From NCBI GenBank assembly GCA_963804355.1, contig CAWDQC010000010.1, forward strand, positions 1 through 64,000: DNA of 64,000 nucleotides, read 5' to 3'. The stretch's first letter is position 1, and each line of letters starts with the position of its first letter. The notes under the pieces are model-generated. The model was given only the letters and a program-made list of their open reading frames with translations. It had not been told where the DNA came from and made no database searches. Made by a program: the position numbers and the translations under genes. Below are positions 9,398-18,673 of the stretch, piece by piece. This stretch comes from an uncultured Pseudomonadota bacterium (GTDB lineage: Bacteria; Desulfobacterota; Binatia; Binatales; Binataceae).

Positions 9398-10603
9398 TTA
9401 CTTTATCGCGATCGCGTTAGGTGGCGATCCGACTCCACCCGGGATATTGAGCGGCGCGGAGGTGAAGAAGAACTCGTAATTATTGTCGTTCGCGCAGTCC
9501 TCGGCCAGCTCCTCCAGGTTCCACATTTCTCCGATCGGCATGCCGAAGAACGAGAGCATATGGAAATGCAGGAGGTCTCCCGCCGCGGTGAAATCGGAAA
9601 CGTTGGGCGGAGGAATCGCCTCCAACCCGGGCGAGTCGGAAGCCACAGCCGAAATATGGTTGTTCCACAGCCATCGCGCGGTCCGCGCCGAACCCTCGAT
9701 TCCAGGGGTCTTGGTGTCGGCTGCCAGCGCCGCCTTCTCCTCTGAGGTCATGTCGAGGTAGGCCTGCGTCCAGCCGACGCGAACCAGCAGGACATCCCCG
9801 GGCCATACTTTAGTCTTCTGCGCTTCGAGGGTCGCGACGAGGTCCTCGAAGGGCACGACGTCGTTGGTCCTGTGGTCAAGCGACTTGCCTACGCTCTCAT
9901 AGTAGCGAGCGATATCGGCCAGGATTCCACGGCCGGCGATACCTCTCTTGGCCAGATTGTCGATACCCAGCTTCGTGCCGCCGTACCCCGTGGTCTCGTC
10001 CTCGGGCACGCCGTTATACCCGCCGTGTGACGGATGCTTGACGTGACACAACGCGTCCCATTGCGAAGATGCTTGCGGATAGAAGTTGTCAAGGTAGTCG
10101 TCGAGAATATACCCGTTAAACTGCTTGATATGATGTGAATGCTTGCCCCGGCCAAAAATCGGAGGATCCGGAATATTGATCGGCAAGTTCAGCGCGAAGA
10201 CCTTACCGCTGCGGATGAATCCTGCCGCCTGCTTCACCCGGTCGGGAGTCATCAGGTTGATCGTCCCGACCTGGTCATCGTCGCCAAAAAGGCCCCACGC
10301 TGACCCGGCGGGCGCTCCAGGGCGCGTCGGCAGGGCGTCATAGTCTGGAAGTCCCGAGGGAATCGAACGCGGCGCTGGCGGGGCTGCTTGACGCGGAGGC
10401 GCTACCGGCCGCACGGCCGATTTGGACGCTGGTTTGGCCGCCGCGCGCGGTTTTACCGCCTTGGCCTTCATGGCCACGGCCTTGGCTTTGGCGGCGACAG
10501 GCTTCAACTTAGGTTTTGGCTTCGGCGCAACCTTAAGCTTCGGCGCTGGCTTCGCTTTCATACTGCTCTTCGGACGGGGTTTGGGTTTGCTGGCTTTGGC
10601 CAT
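9398..10603 (-). CDS. Cyclase-family protein (kynurenine-formamidase/isatin-hydrolase-like metal-dependent hydrolase) with an unusual ~90-aa Lys/Ala/Pro-rich N-terminal extension
   Basis: The C-terminal ~300 aa has the cyclase-family layout (…GTINLMTPDRV…HHIKQFNGY…WDALCHVKHPSHGGYNG…GDVLLVRVGW…). The N-terminus is MAKASKPKPRPKSSMKAKPAPKLKVAPKPKPKLKPVAAKAKAVAMKAKAVKPRAAAKPASK…, which is histone-H1-like low complexity. Confidence 0.7.
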   Translation of the reverse strand: MAKASKPKPRPKSSMKAKPAPKLKVAPKPKPKLKPVAAKAKAVAMKAKAVKPRAAAKPASKSAVRPVAPPRQAAPPAPRSIPSGLPDYDALPTRPGAPAGSAWGLFGDDDQVGTINLMTPDRVKQAAGFIRSGKVFALNLPINIPDPPIFGRGKHSHHIKQFNGYILDDYLDNFYPQASSQWDALCHVKHPSHGGYNGVPEDETTGYGGTKLGIDNLAKRGIAGRGILADIARYYESVGKSLDHRTNDVVPFEDLVATLEAQKTKVWPGDVLLVRVGWTQAYLDMTSEEKAALAADTKTPGIEGSARTARWLWNNHISAVASDSPGLEAIPPPNVSDFTAAGDLLHFHMLSFFGMPIGEMWNLEELAEDCANDNNYEFFFTSAPLNIPGGVGSPPNAIAIK

Positions 10604-10989
10604 CGAATTCCCCTCCCGGGAGTGTCTCCCGGCTGTGCAATCTACCTTTTCTAACGGCCAGCAACGCGCGGCACAAGAGTCCCTCTCCGTCCCATTGGCG
10701 CAGTTTCACTCTGACGCTCTGCGCTCGACTCGATTTAGTCACGACAACGGTGACGCGTAACGCGCCAATAATCGAAATTTCGCTAGACGGGATCAGGTCG
10801 GGGGCGTGCTTATGCGGAGCAACCAGCAAATCGATCGATTCGCCTGCGATTTTTATGATTGCGCTTTTCTTTTCCCCCGGACAGACTCAGAGGATCGCGC
10901 GCGTCTCACATTCAGGTCGGATGACGCGCCGCTGACAACACACAAAGTACGAAAAATTGCTCCGATGACGAGAAGGGTCCACACCAAAA

Positions 10990-11813
10990 ATGAAATACCG
11001 ATTTCTGCTGATCGTCTTCTTTGCTCTGTGCGTGGGAATTTCGTCGATACCGTTCGCGGCTGAGGCGCAGACTGACAACGGCACGGTGGCGGCGCTGAGC
11101 ACGGCAATTGGTGGAGCGCAGCGATCCGAGAAGAACAAGGCGCGTGACAAGTATCGTCATCCGCTGCAGACGCTCACTTTCTTCGGGATCAAACCCGACA
11201 TGACGGTCGTCGAGATCTGGCCGGGCAACGGTTGGTATACCGAGATATTGGCGCCGTTTCTCAAGGACAACGGCAAACTGTACGAAGCGCTCGGAGGGGG
11301 AGCCGGGGCCGCCGCCTTCGAGAGCAAGCTCAAGGCCGATCCGGCGCTTTACGGTAATGTGATAGTCACTCGCTCCAACCGCCAACCGAAACGACGATTG
11401 CGCCCGCCGGCGCCGCAGATATGGTCCTGACGTTTCGCAACGTCCATGACTGGCTCTCACGCGGTAACACGGACGATTACTTCAAGGCCTTTTACAAAGC
11501 ACTAAAGCCCGGCGGTATCCTCGGAATAACCGACCATCGCGCCGATCCCTCACAACCGCAGGACCCCGATGCGAAGAACGGCTATGTGCGCCAGGATTAT
11601 ATGATCCGACTGGCGCAGAAGGCCGGCTTCAAGCTCGTCGCCTCATCGGAGATCAACGCAAATCCCAAGGACCCGCGAAATCAGCCGGTTTGGAACTTGC
11701 CGCCAACCTTGCGCCAGGGACAACAGGATCGCGCAAAGTATCTCGCAATCGGTGAGAGCGACCGCATGACACTCAAATTTATCAAACCGATAAAGGAAGT
11801 TTCGGCCCAATGA
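10990..11813 (+). CDS. Secreted class-I SAM-dependent methyltransferase-like protein (signal peptide); one frameshift near 11400
   Basis: Signal peptide MKYRFLLIVFFALCVGISSIPFAAEA. The protein frame continues from ORF 10990-11430 into ORF 11421-11813 (…ALKPGGILGITDHRADP…). It resembles the periplasmic 'predicted methyltransferase' family. Confidence 0.5.
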
Positions 11814-11952
11814 GCGCGGGGCCGAATCGGTTTCGTTGCCGTCACCGAGCAGGAATTCCGATAGCCAGCCGGTTGTACGATCTTTCCTTAAGAGCAGGGT
11901 GAACGGATCGAAGCTCCGAGGCGTAATCACGCCCGACAGTCCGTCGACGGAC

Positions 11953-13427
11953 TTACGGCAAAGGCTGAAAGCCGACGTTGCCACAGCGCCCGTCAAACAT
12001 ATAGTCGTTGCCGAACAGCACGTCGCGCCCGGTATTCACGAATATCTTCGATGAACTGATCCAGGTCACCTTTGTTGGGGCGACGCTGGTAGCAGGGCTG
12101 CTCGGCGCATAAGCGAAACTGTAGGATAAACCCGGGCTTTTGGGCGTGCCGGCAAGGATCGAGACGTTCAGTCCAGTGGGCAAGGTGGTGGAGTCGGCTG
12201 GATTCACTGCGCCCGCAGGCCGCTTCGCCGGCATCAGATCCAGAAACATGCTGTCGATTCCCACGTCGAGAAGCAGAGTTCCGCAAAACTGGTTGGGATG
12301 CGACAGGGTAGGGAACTGATAGCACCCTGGCGCGGTCTTCCAGTCACCGGGCACACTATGGTTTGGAGTAAGTGCGACGAGATTGAATCCTGACGTACCT
12401 GTAATCCCGACGGTCGCATCGTCGCCGCTCAAAGTATAACCGGGACTTATATCAGTGCCGTTATTGGCGTCGGTTATTTGCAAAAAGGCGTTGTCAGCCG
12501 GTGAATCGAAGGCGCGCCGGCAGTTGTGTTGTTACGATCGAAGCCGACGCCGAGGTAGTGGATATCGGTGCCGGGCGGGGTGCAATTGGGATAGCCAGGG
12601 GCGCAAAATCCCGAATCTACCGCCAGCACGAGGATCGGATTCGTTTGTATGATTGTGCCAGCGCTCGTTTCGAGGCTGACTGGAGCAAGATAGTAAGAGC
12701 CGGCAAAGGTATTGCCACTGCTATCGTAAAATTTTACTCCTGGCCCGCCAGGACCGATCGCATCGGGCCCGAGGTCCGTGAGCGGCACGACCGCACCGAG
12801 AGACCCTGTATCGATCGTGAAGTCCTTCAGGTCCGGAGCAGTAGGGCTGTTGTAGCCGATAGACCCAATAACTTTGAGACCATTCGCGATATTGTCGTTC
12901 GAGCAAGCCGGGTCTGCCTCGCCTCCACAATCAATCGGAATAGTGAAGCCTTGAGTTCCATACGCGCAGGCGATTTTGTTCCTGGGCAGGATTTGGGTGA
13001 CTCCGATAGCCCGCCCGCCAACTCCGTCGTTGGCGGTGTAAGCCTCGACCGTTATCGGATTGGGAAAGAACTGCCCATTGTACGCGAGCGCTATTACATT
13101 GCCCGAAGTGACAGTGGCCGACGTTGGTGTAATAGTCCCGGCGGGCGCACCATAAACATTGAAAGTGACTAGGTTGTCCTTGGTAATTTTGATGGGTTCG
13201 CCGAAAGCATCGTAAGCGACGAATGGCAGTTTGATAAGCTGCGGGCTGGTCGTGCTTGCCGATGAAATTGGATTCGATAGTCTGGTAGCGGTCGGACTGA
13301 ATACAATCGTGCTGAGGTGAACGGTCTGAGTAAGCCCGGCGGGGCTTCCTTCAAAGCAGCAGATAATTATTGTTGAGCATACGATCGCCAGTGTGAGACC
13401 AAGTTTAAGAAGCGTCCCTCGAAACAT
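11953..13427 (-). CDS. Hypothetical secreted/surface protein, ~490 aa, Gly/Thr/Pro/Ala-rich; one frameshift near 12480
   Basis: N-terminal hydrophobic signal (MFRGTLLKLGLTLAIVCSTII…). ORF 12474-13427 continues in ORF 11953-12483. No catalytic motifs seen, and the composition is typical of beta-rich exported proteins. Confidence 0.4.
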
Positions 13428-14464
13428 CCACTCCCCCCCGCATCCTCATTCGCCACGAGTTCCGTAAAGAACCCATTTTTCGGCGATGAGAAACCCCATC
13501 CCCTGATAGTCACCGGACTCTATCTTCCTATGGTCGGTTAGACAATGGGGGTTAGTCAGTGAAGTGTCGCCCGGCGCGAACCACGGACGTGAACTGACCG
13601 GGCCCGCGAGTCCGCCAACGAAATTCAGATTAGCGAAGTCATACCAGCATCTACCGACACTGTTTCGTTTCCGCCAGGAACGAACACAGGATCATGGTCC
13701 TACATGCAAGAGGTTCGACGCTTGCTGAGACCCGTAACCCCTGACACCGCGAGTCGCATCTTAAGAAAAAAAGTTTGGAGGCGGGATACCAGCGATATTC
13801 CAAATGGCGACTGAGGCTGGCGGCTTGTCGTATGCCTCAAATCACTACTGTTGTAGCGGAGATTGGCCAGCGTGTACCCACTGGGTGTAGTCCTTTCGAC
13901 TTTCTGGATCCCAATTTTTGAGCTCGAGTTCCCAGTCCCGCAGAGACTTGCGGCCCGAACGTTCCAGACTCTCGATATAATTGCAGCGATACAACCAATC
14001 CACTGCTACCAGTCCGACCAGCTTGCTCATACTACCTCGCGAAGGCGGCAAGAGCGTTTCTAACTTCTTCATCGATACGGCTCCTTAGCCCCGCAGGAGG
14101 AACACCGCATGAACCATGCCCGGAAATTGCCCACGAGATTCCTGATGGTTCTCGCGGACGATACGACCAGGAAGCCCTTCGTTCTGCAAGGATTACTTCA
14201 TTTTGAAATGCAGGCCGCCGGATGCTTCTGACAGTCGCGGCGGGCGGTGATTGGGGGTACGCGTTCAGTTCGAGCCCGCGAACCTTATTGTCGCGCTTCC
14301 TGAATATCCGGAGCGGATTTTCTCTGAAAGATTCGGAGCGCGTGTCGCCGAGACGTGTGTTAATTAACCAAAACACGTTATGTAGTAGAAGTGCATGCTA
14401 CAACAAGACTTATTGTCGGTCGTCCGGCGCTGACCTAGACTATTTGTTAGATAGGGGGGCTCTA

Positions 14465-15448
14465 ATGAACAATCCGCCGTTGATTGATGGACCATTGATG
14501 CTTCTAGGTATCCTGGCAATTCTCGCATTCATTTTGATAATTGCGAGTGTCTTCACCGTTGAGCAGCAGACCGTCGCGATTGTCGAACGTTTCAGCAAGT
14601 TCAGCAGTCTGGCCCATGCAGGACTAAACTTTCGCTTGCCGCTCATTGACTGGGTTGTCACAAAAGTCAGCCTGCGGACCCGTCAACTTATCGTTAAGGT
14701 CGAAACCAAGACCAAGGACAACGTTTTCGTCCACATTACAGTTGCGCTCCAGTACATGGTGCGCCCGGATAAGGTCTACGAGGCTTTTTACACGCTTGCC
14801 GATCCAGAAGGGCAGATGACTGCTTTCGTCTTCGACGTCGTTCGTGCGCACGTGCCCAGTCAGCCGCTCGACGACGTTTTTGCGAAAAAGGATGAGGTGG
14901 CCGAAGCTGTGAAGGCTCACCTCGCCGAACCGATGGAAAAGTATGGTTACCAGGTAATAACGGCCTTAGTGACTGACGTAGATCCGGACTCGCGGGTCAA
15001 AGATTCAATGAATGAAATCAACGCCAACCAGCGCTTGCTCGAGGCGACCAAGGCCAAGAGCGAAGCTGACAAGCTCGTCCTGGTGAAGCGTGCCGAGGCG
15101 GAAGCGGAAAGTAAGGCGTTGCAGGGTAAGGGTGTGGCTGATGAGCGGCTCGCCATCGCTCGTGGCTTGCGTGAAGCGGCCGACCTGTTTCAGCAGGGGA
15201 TGCCCGGGTCTACGCCCGAAGAATGCATGGCGGTGCTGCTAATGACCCAGTACTTCGACATGCTGAAAGATGTCGGAGCGCACAGTACTACGATCATGCT
15301 GCCATATTCGCCTGGCGGGATGACGTCTATCTCGGAACAGATCACGGAGGCGATCACTGCCGCGCGCCAGGTACCCTCGGGCAGCGCTCATGGCGGCTCG
15401 AGTGCGCCGTCGACAGCCAACGGCTCGGCGAGAGTGACCACGACTTAA
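14465..15448 (+). CDS. SPFH/band-7 (stomatin/prohibitin/HflK-C-like) membrane protein
   Basis: ATG at 14465 gives an N-terminal TM helix (LMLLGILAILAFILIIASVF), followed by a band-7 core (…VVTKVSLRTRQLIVKVETKTKDNVFVHITVALQY…) and a coiled-coil tail. The upstream part of ORF 14222-15448 is a non-coding extension. Confidence 0.8.
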   Translation: MNNPPLIDGPLMLLGILAILAFILIIASVFTVEQQTVAIVERFSKFSSLAHAGLNFRLPLIDWVVTKVSLRTRQLIVKVETKTKDNVFVHITVALQYMVRPDKVYEAFYTLADPEGQMTAFVFDVVRAHVPSQPLDDVFAKKDEVAEAVKAHLAEPMEKYGYQVITALVTDVDPDSRVKDSMNEINANQRLLEATKAKSEADKLVLVKRAEAEAESKALQGKGVADERLAIARGLREAADLFQQGMPGSTPEECMAVLLMTQYFDMLKDVGAHSTTIMLPYSPGGMTSISEQITEAITAARQVPSGSAHGGSSAPSTANGSARVTTT

Positions 15449-15669
15449 TCACTAAATAAACAATTTGCTGGCTTCTGGCCGCGGCCAGCTGCTAGCCAGC
15501 CGGCCAATCGAGCGGCCGGGAGCTAGCGGCACTTGTCGTTTGAGGCGCCGAACTCGACAATCTCGGGTTCTTTGCGCGGCGATCGGCGTACTTTTTTGAC
15601 GCTAGCTGCCATGCCCGCGTTGCCGCATGCGTCCAATATAGTCTTTAGCGCGCGCCTCATGGGTTAAAA

Positions 15670-16392
15670 ATGAATCGCGATTATCGACATTGGTCTCGAA
15701 GAGCGTCGGAGTGGATGGCTTGGGCGCGGACCCCCAATCACGACGCCTTTTGGGCATATCGCAACTCGTTGCTCGCCTTCATCGGAAAGGGCGAAGGTCA
15801 TGCTCTTGATATTGGATGCGGCGAAGGGCGGATCTCGCGCGTTTTGAAGGATTGCGGCTATCGCGTCACGGCGATCGATCCCGTCGAGACCTTTGTATCG
15901 GCGTCTGAGCAAGCCGGATCAGCAGATGATTACGGGGTCGCGGAGGCGGCTAACTTACCCTTCGCGGATGGTACGTTCGATTTTGCCGTCGCTTACAACG
16001 TGCTGATGGACATTGATGATGTTGCTATGGCGCTCAAGGAGATCGCACGTGTTCTGCGCCCCACTGGAACACTCGTAATCTCCATAGTCCATCCTTTTGC
16101 TGATCGTGGACGGTTTGCCAGTCCAGACCCAAATGCGCCCTTCGTCCTTAATGGTTCTTATTTCGGTCGTGATCGCTTCGAGGTCGTAGAGGAGAGGAAC
16201 GGATTGCAGATGCACTTCGCGGGATGGTCACAGCCCTTACAGAGTTACATGCTGGAGCTGGAACGCGCGGGATTCGTCGTCTCATCGCTTCGGGAGCCGA
16301 TTCCAGATGCCAGTGCATCATGGGCCCATATGCAACAGTGGAGCCGGTTTCCACTATTTCTTTGGCTGAAAGCTCTGCGTTGGCCTTCTTGA
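15670..16392 (+). CDS. Class-I SAM-dependent methyltransferase (Methyltransf_11-like)
   Basis: Motif I ALDIGCGEGRIS, followed by acidic post-I and motif II/III spacing (…DGTFDFAVAYNVLMDI…LRPTGTLVISI…). Confidence 0.75.
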   Translation: MNRDYRHWSRRASEWMAWARTPNHDAFWAYRNSLLAFIGKGEGHALDIGCGEGRISRVLKDCGYRVTAIDPVETFVSASEQAGSADDYGVAEAANLPFADGTFDFAVAYNVLMDIDDVAMALKEIARVLRPTGTLVISIVHPFADRGRFASPDPNAPFVLNGSYFGRDRFEVVEERNGLQMHFAGWSQPLQSYMLELERAGFVVSSLREPIPDASASWAHMQQWSRFPLFLWLKALRWPS

Positions 16393-16595
16393 ATCAGCAC
16401 TCTAAGGATTCGGAAATACGAGAGCGTTTCGGATTCAATCGATCCCAGCGAGCACTGGCGCGCTAATCCGACTTCCGCTAGGAACAAATCGACGGGTCAG
16501 GAAGATTCTCCCTTTCCCGACATACAGAGTTAATCGTTCATGACTGGTCTGACAGGCGTGGCTCGCTGGTTTGATGTCCCGTAACTTCGTTAGGG

Positions 16596-17777
16596 TTGCC
16601 CGGGGGAAGCAAAATGCAGCAAGAAGAGTTACTCCGTAAAGAGTTGCTGGAGGAAATCGAGTCGATAGCCCCGGTGCTTGCCGAGCACGCCACAGCCTCC
16701 GAAAAGCTTGGCCGTCTCAATGAGCCGACAATGACAGCTCTGCGGACCACGCGTCTGCTGCGGCTTGCTCCGCCGCGCGATCTTGGTGGGCTGGAAGCCG
16801 ATCCAGTTACCCAGCTCGTCGTACTTGAAGCGCTCGCGCGAATCGACGCCTCCACCAGTTGGGCACTTGGAATCATTGCGGGAGCTCCCGGAATTTTTGG
16901 AGCCTACCTGCCCGTTGCTACGGTGCGTCGGCTTTTCGCGGACAGAGTACCGCCGATGGCTGGCTCATTATTGCCAAAAGGCACCGCCGAACCCGTTCCG
17001 GGTGGTTATCGCGTCAAGGGGCGATGGCCCTATGGGAGCGGTATTCATCATGCCGACTGGGTTGGCGCTGGAGCGTTAGTTCCTGACCAGCCGGGGCCGG
17101 CCGGTGCTCGGTTAGTGCTTTTGCCTCGCGATCAGGTCGTGATCCATGACAACTGGCAAGTGGCGGGACTGCGTGGATCGGGCAGCTCGGATTACAGCAT
17201 CGAAGATCAGTTCGTTCCTGAAGGGATGAGTCTACCTATGATGGACGTTATGATGGGCAAGGCCGTAACCGGTGGTGCCGCTGTGCGGTTGGGGATGCCG
17301 GCCTGGGTTGCTGGATTCCACATCGGGATAGCGCTCGGCATTGCAAGACACGCATTGGACGAGATCTCGACACAGGCCGCGGAGAAGGGGCGTGGGTTTC
17401 CACCCTCTCCTCTGCCCACACAGCCCCATGTCCAGTTCGCGCTGGGCAAGGCTGAGATAGAACTCGCTTCGGCACGCGCCTACGGACTCCAAGTAACGGC
17501 CGATTTGTATGAGGAGGCGAAATCCGGACGTGTGCCGGCCCCCGCGCGTCAGGCTGAAGCTCGCGCCGCCGGTACCTATATCACCGAGGTCGCTCAACGC
17601 GTGACGATGACGGCATTCCAGGCAGCAGGTGGAACCGCCCTCTTCGATACAAATCCGTTACAGCGATGCTTTCGGGATATTACCGCCGCCGCCCAGCACT
17701 TCGTAGTGAGCCAGAGCGCGTACCGCGCGGTGGGGCAATTCAAACTCGCACAGCCCGACGCCAACCCGATGCTCTAA
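16596..17777 (+). CDS. Acyl-CoA dehydrogenase-fold flavoenzyme (ACAD type-2 / flavin-dependent monooxygenase-like)
   Basis: 393-aa ORF with ACAD-like N-terminal helical, middle beta-barrel (…GYRVKGRWPYGSGIHHADWV…) and C-terminal helical domains. A group-D monooxygenase or DszC-like dehydrogenase cannot be distinguished from sequence alone. Confidence 0.65.
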   Translation: MPGGSKMQQEELLRKELLEEIESIAPVLAEHATASEKLGRLNEPTMTALRTTRLLRLAPPRDLGGLEADPVTQLVVLEALARIDASTSWALGIIAGAPGIFGAYLPVATVRRLFADRVPPMAGSLLPKGTAEPVPGGYRVKGRWPYGSGIHHADWVGAGALVPDQPGPAGARLVLLPRDQVVIHDNWQVAGLRGSGSSDYSIEDQFVPEGMSLPMMDVMMGKAVTGGAAVRLGMPAWVAGFHIGIALGIARHALDEISTQAAEKGRGFPPSPLPTQPHVQFALGKAEIELASARAYGLQVTADLYEEAKSGRVPAPARQAEARAAGTYITEVAQRVTMTAFQAAGGTALFDTNPLQRCFRDITAAAQHFVVSQSAYRAVGQFKLAQPDANPML

Positions 17778-17898
17778 CTTACTTGCGCATCCAATCCAGG
17801 GAACTCACCACTCTGGGCCACAACCCAGCGCCTGCGCTAACGTTGCGAACGAAAGCCAAATACTGCAGAAAAGATGAATTTGCGTTGGAGTTGGTTGA

Positions 17899-18588
17899 AT
17901 GACGGCGCGCACAGTACTGATTACGGGAGCGAGCCGCGGCATCGGACGCGAAGTCGCTCAAACTCTCATGTCCGAAGGCTGGCACGTGGTATCGGGAGTG
18001 CGAGATCCGAAGTCTGCACCACCAGGGACGCAAGCCGAGGTCGTCGATATGGGCGACTCCGAATCGATCAACGCTTTGGCCAAACGGCTTCGTACGCGGG
18101 ATCAGCGGCTGGATGCGATCATCAACAATGCCGCCGTCTATAGAGGCACTGCGCGTCAGATTTGGGACGTCAACGTGCTGGGCCCATTGCTGTTGACTCG
18201 GGCGTTGGAGCCCCTTCTGGCTCGAAACGCACGCGTGGTTATGGTGACGAGCGGTCTCGGGCAGCTCTCGGCCCAGCCTGCCAGTTTGGTCAAGCGTCTA
18301 TCCAACCCCAAGCTGTCACTCTCTGAACTCGATAGGTTGGTCAAGGAAGCACCCGGCGGCTACGGTGCGAGTAAGGCGGCCCTCAACGCGATGGCTCGCC
18401 TGTTCGCTAAAGAGCTGAAGCCGCTGGGGGTTCTCGTAAACGCGATAAGTCCGGGTTGGGTTCGCACTGACATGGGTGGGCCAGGCGCGCCGCGTTCGGT
18501 GGAACAAGGTGCGGCCAGCATCCTCTGGGGCGTTCGGTTGCCGTCTGACGGACCGACGGGTGGCGTGTTCGAAGTGGGAAAGCGCTAG
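17899..18588 (+). CDS. Short-chain dehydrogenase/reductase (SDR)
   Basis: TGASRGIG cofactor motif, NNAAV, and catalytic YGASK (Yxx xK) motif. Confidence 0.8.
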   Translation: MTARTVLITGASRGIGREVAQTLMSEGWHVVSGVRDPKSAPPGTQAEVVDMGDSESINALAKRLRTRDQRLDAIINNAAVYRGTARQIWDVNVLGPLLLTRALEPLLARNARVVMVTSGLGQLSAQPASLVKRLSNPKLSLSELDRLVKEAPGGYGASKAALNAMARLFAKELKPLGVLVNAISPGWVRTDMGGPGAPRSVEQGAASILWGVRLPSDGPTGGVFEVGKR

Positions 18589-18673
18589 AATAGCCTGGCA
18601 GCCGCGCGCCAGCACGGAACAGGATTGCGCTCAGTGGCCGATGCGGATGAGAAGAAGATGCCGTCCGACAGCA

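Noticed and set aside
14032-14376. 114-aa minus-strand ORF in the 13.4-14.5 kb non-coding interval
   Set aside because: The translation is non-protein-like and lies in low-complexity, AT-rich DNA. Only the adjacent 75-aa ORF looked plausibly coding, and even that is uncertain.
14222-14464. Upstream 81-codon extension of the SPFH ORF
   Set aside because: It has no start or ribosome-binding-site context and a non-coding composition. The ATG at 14465 gives the typical band-7 N-terminal TM helix.
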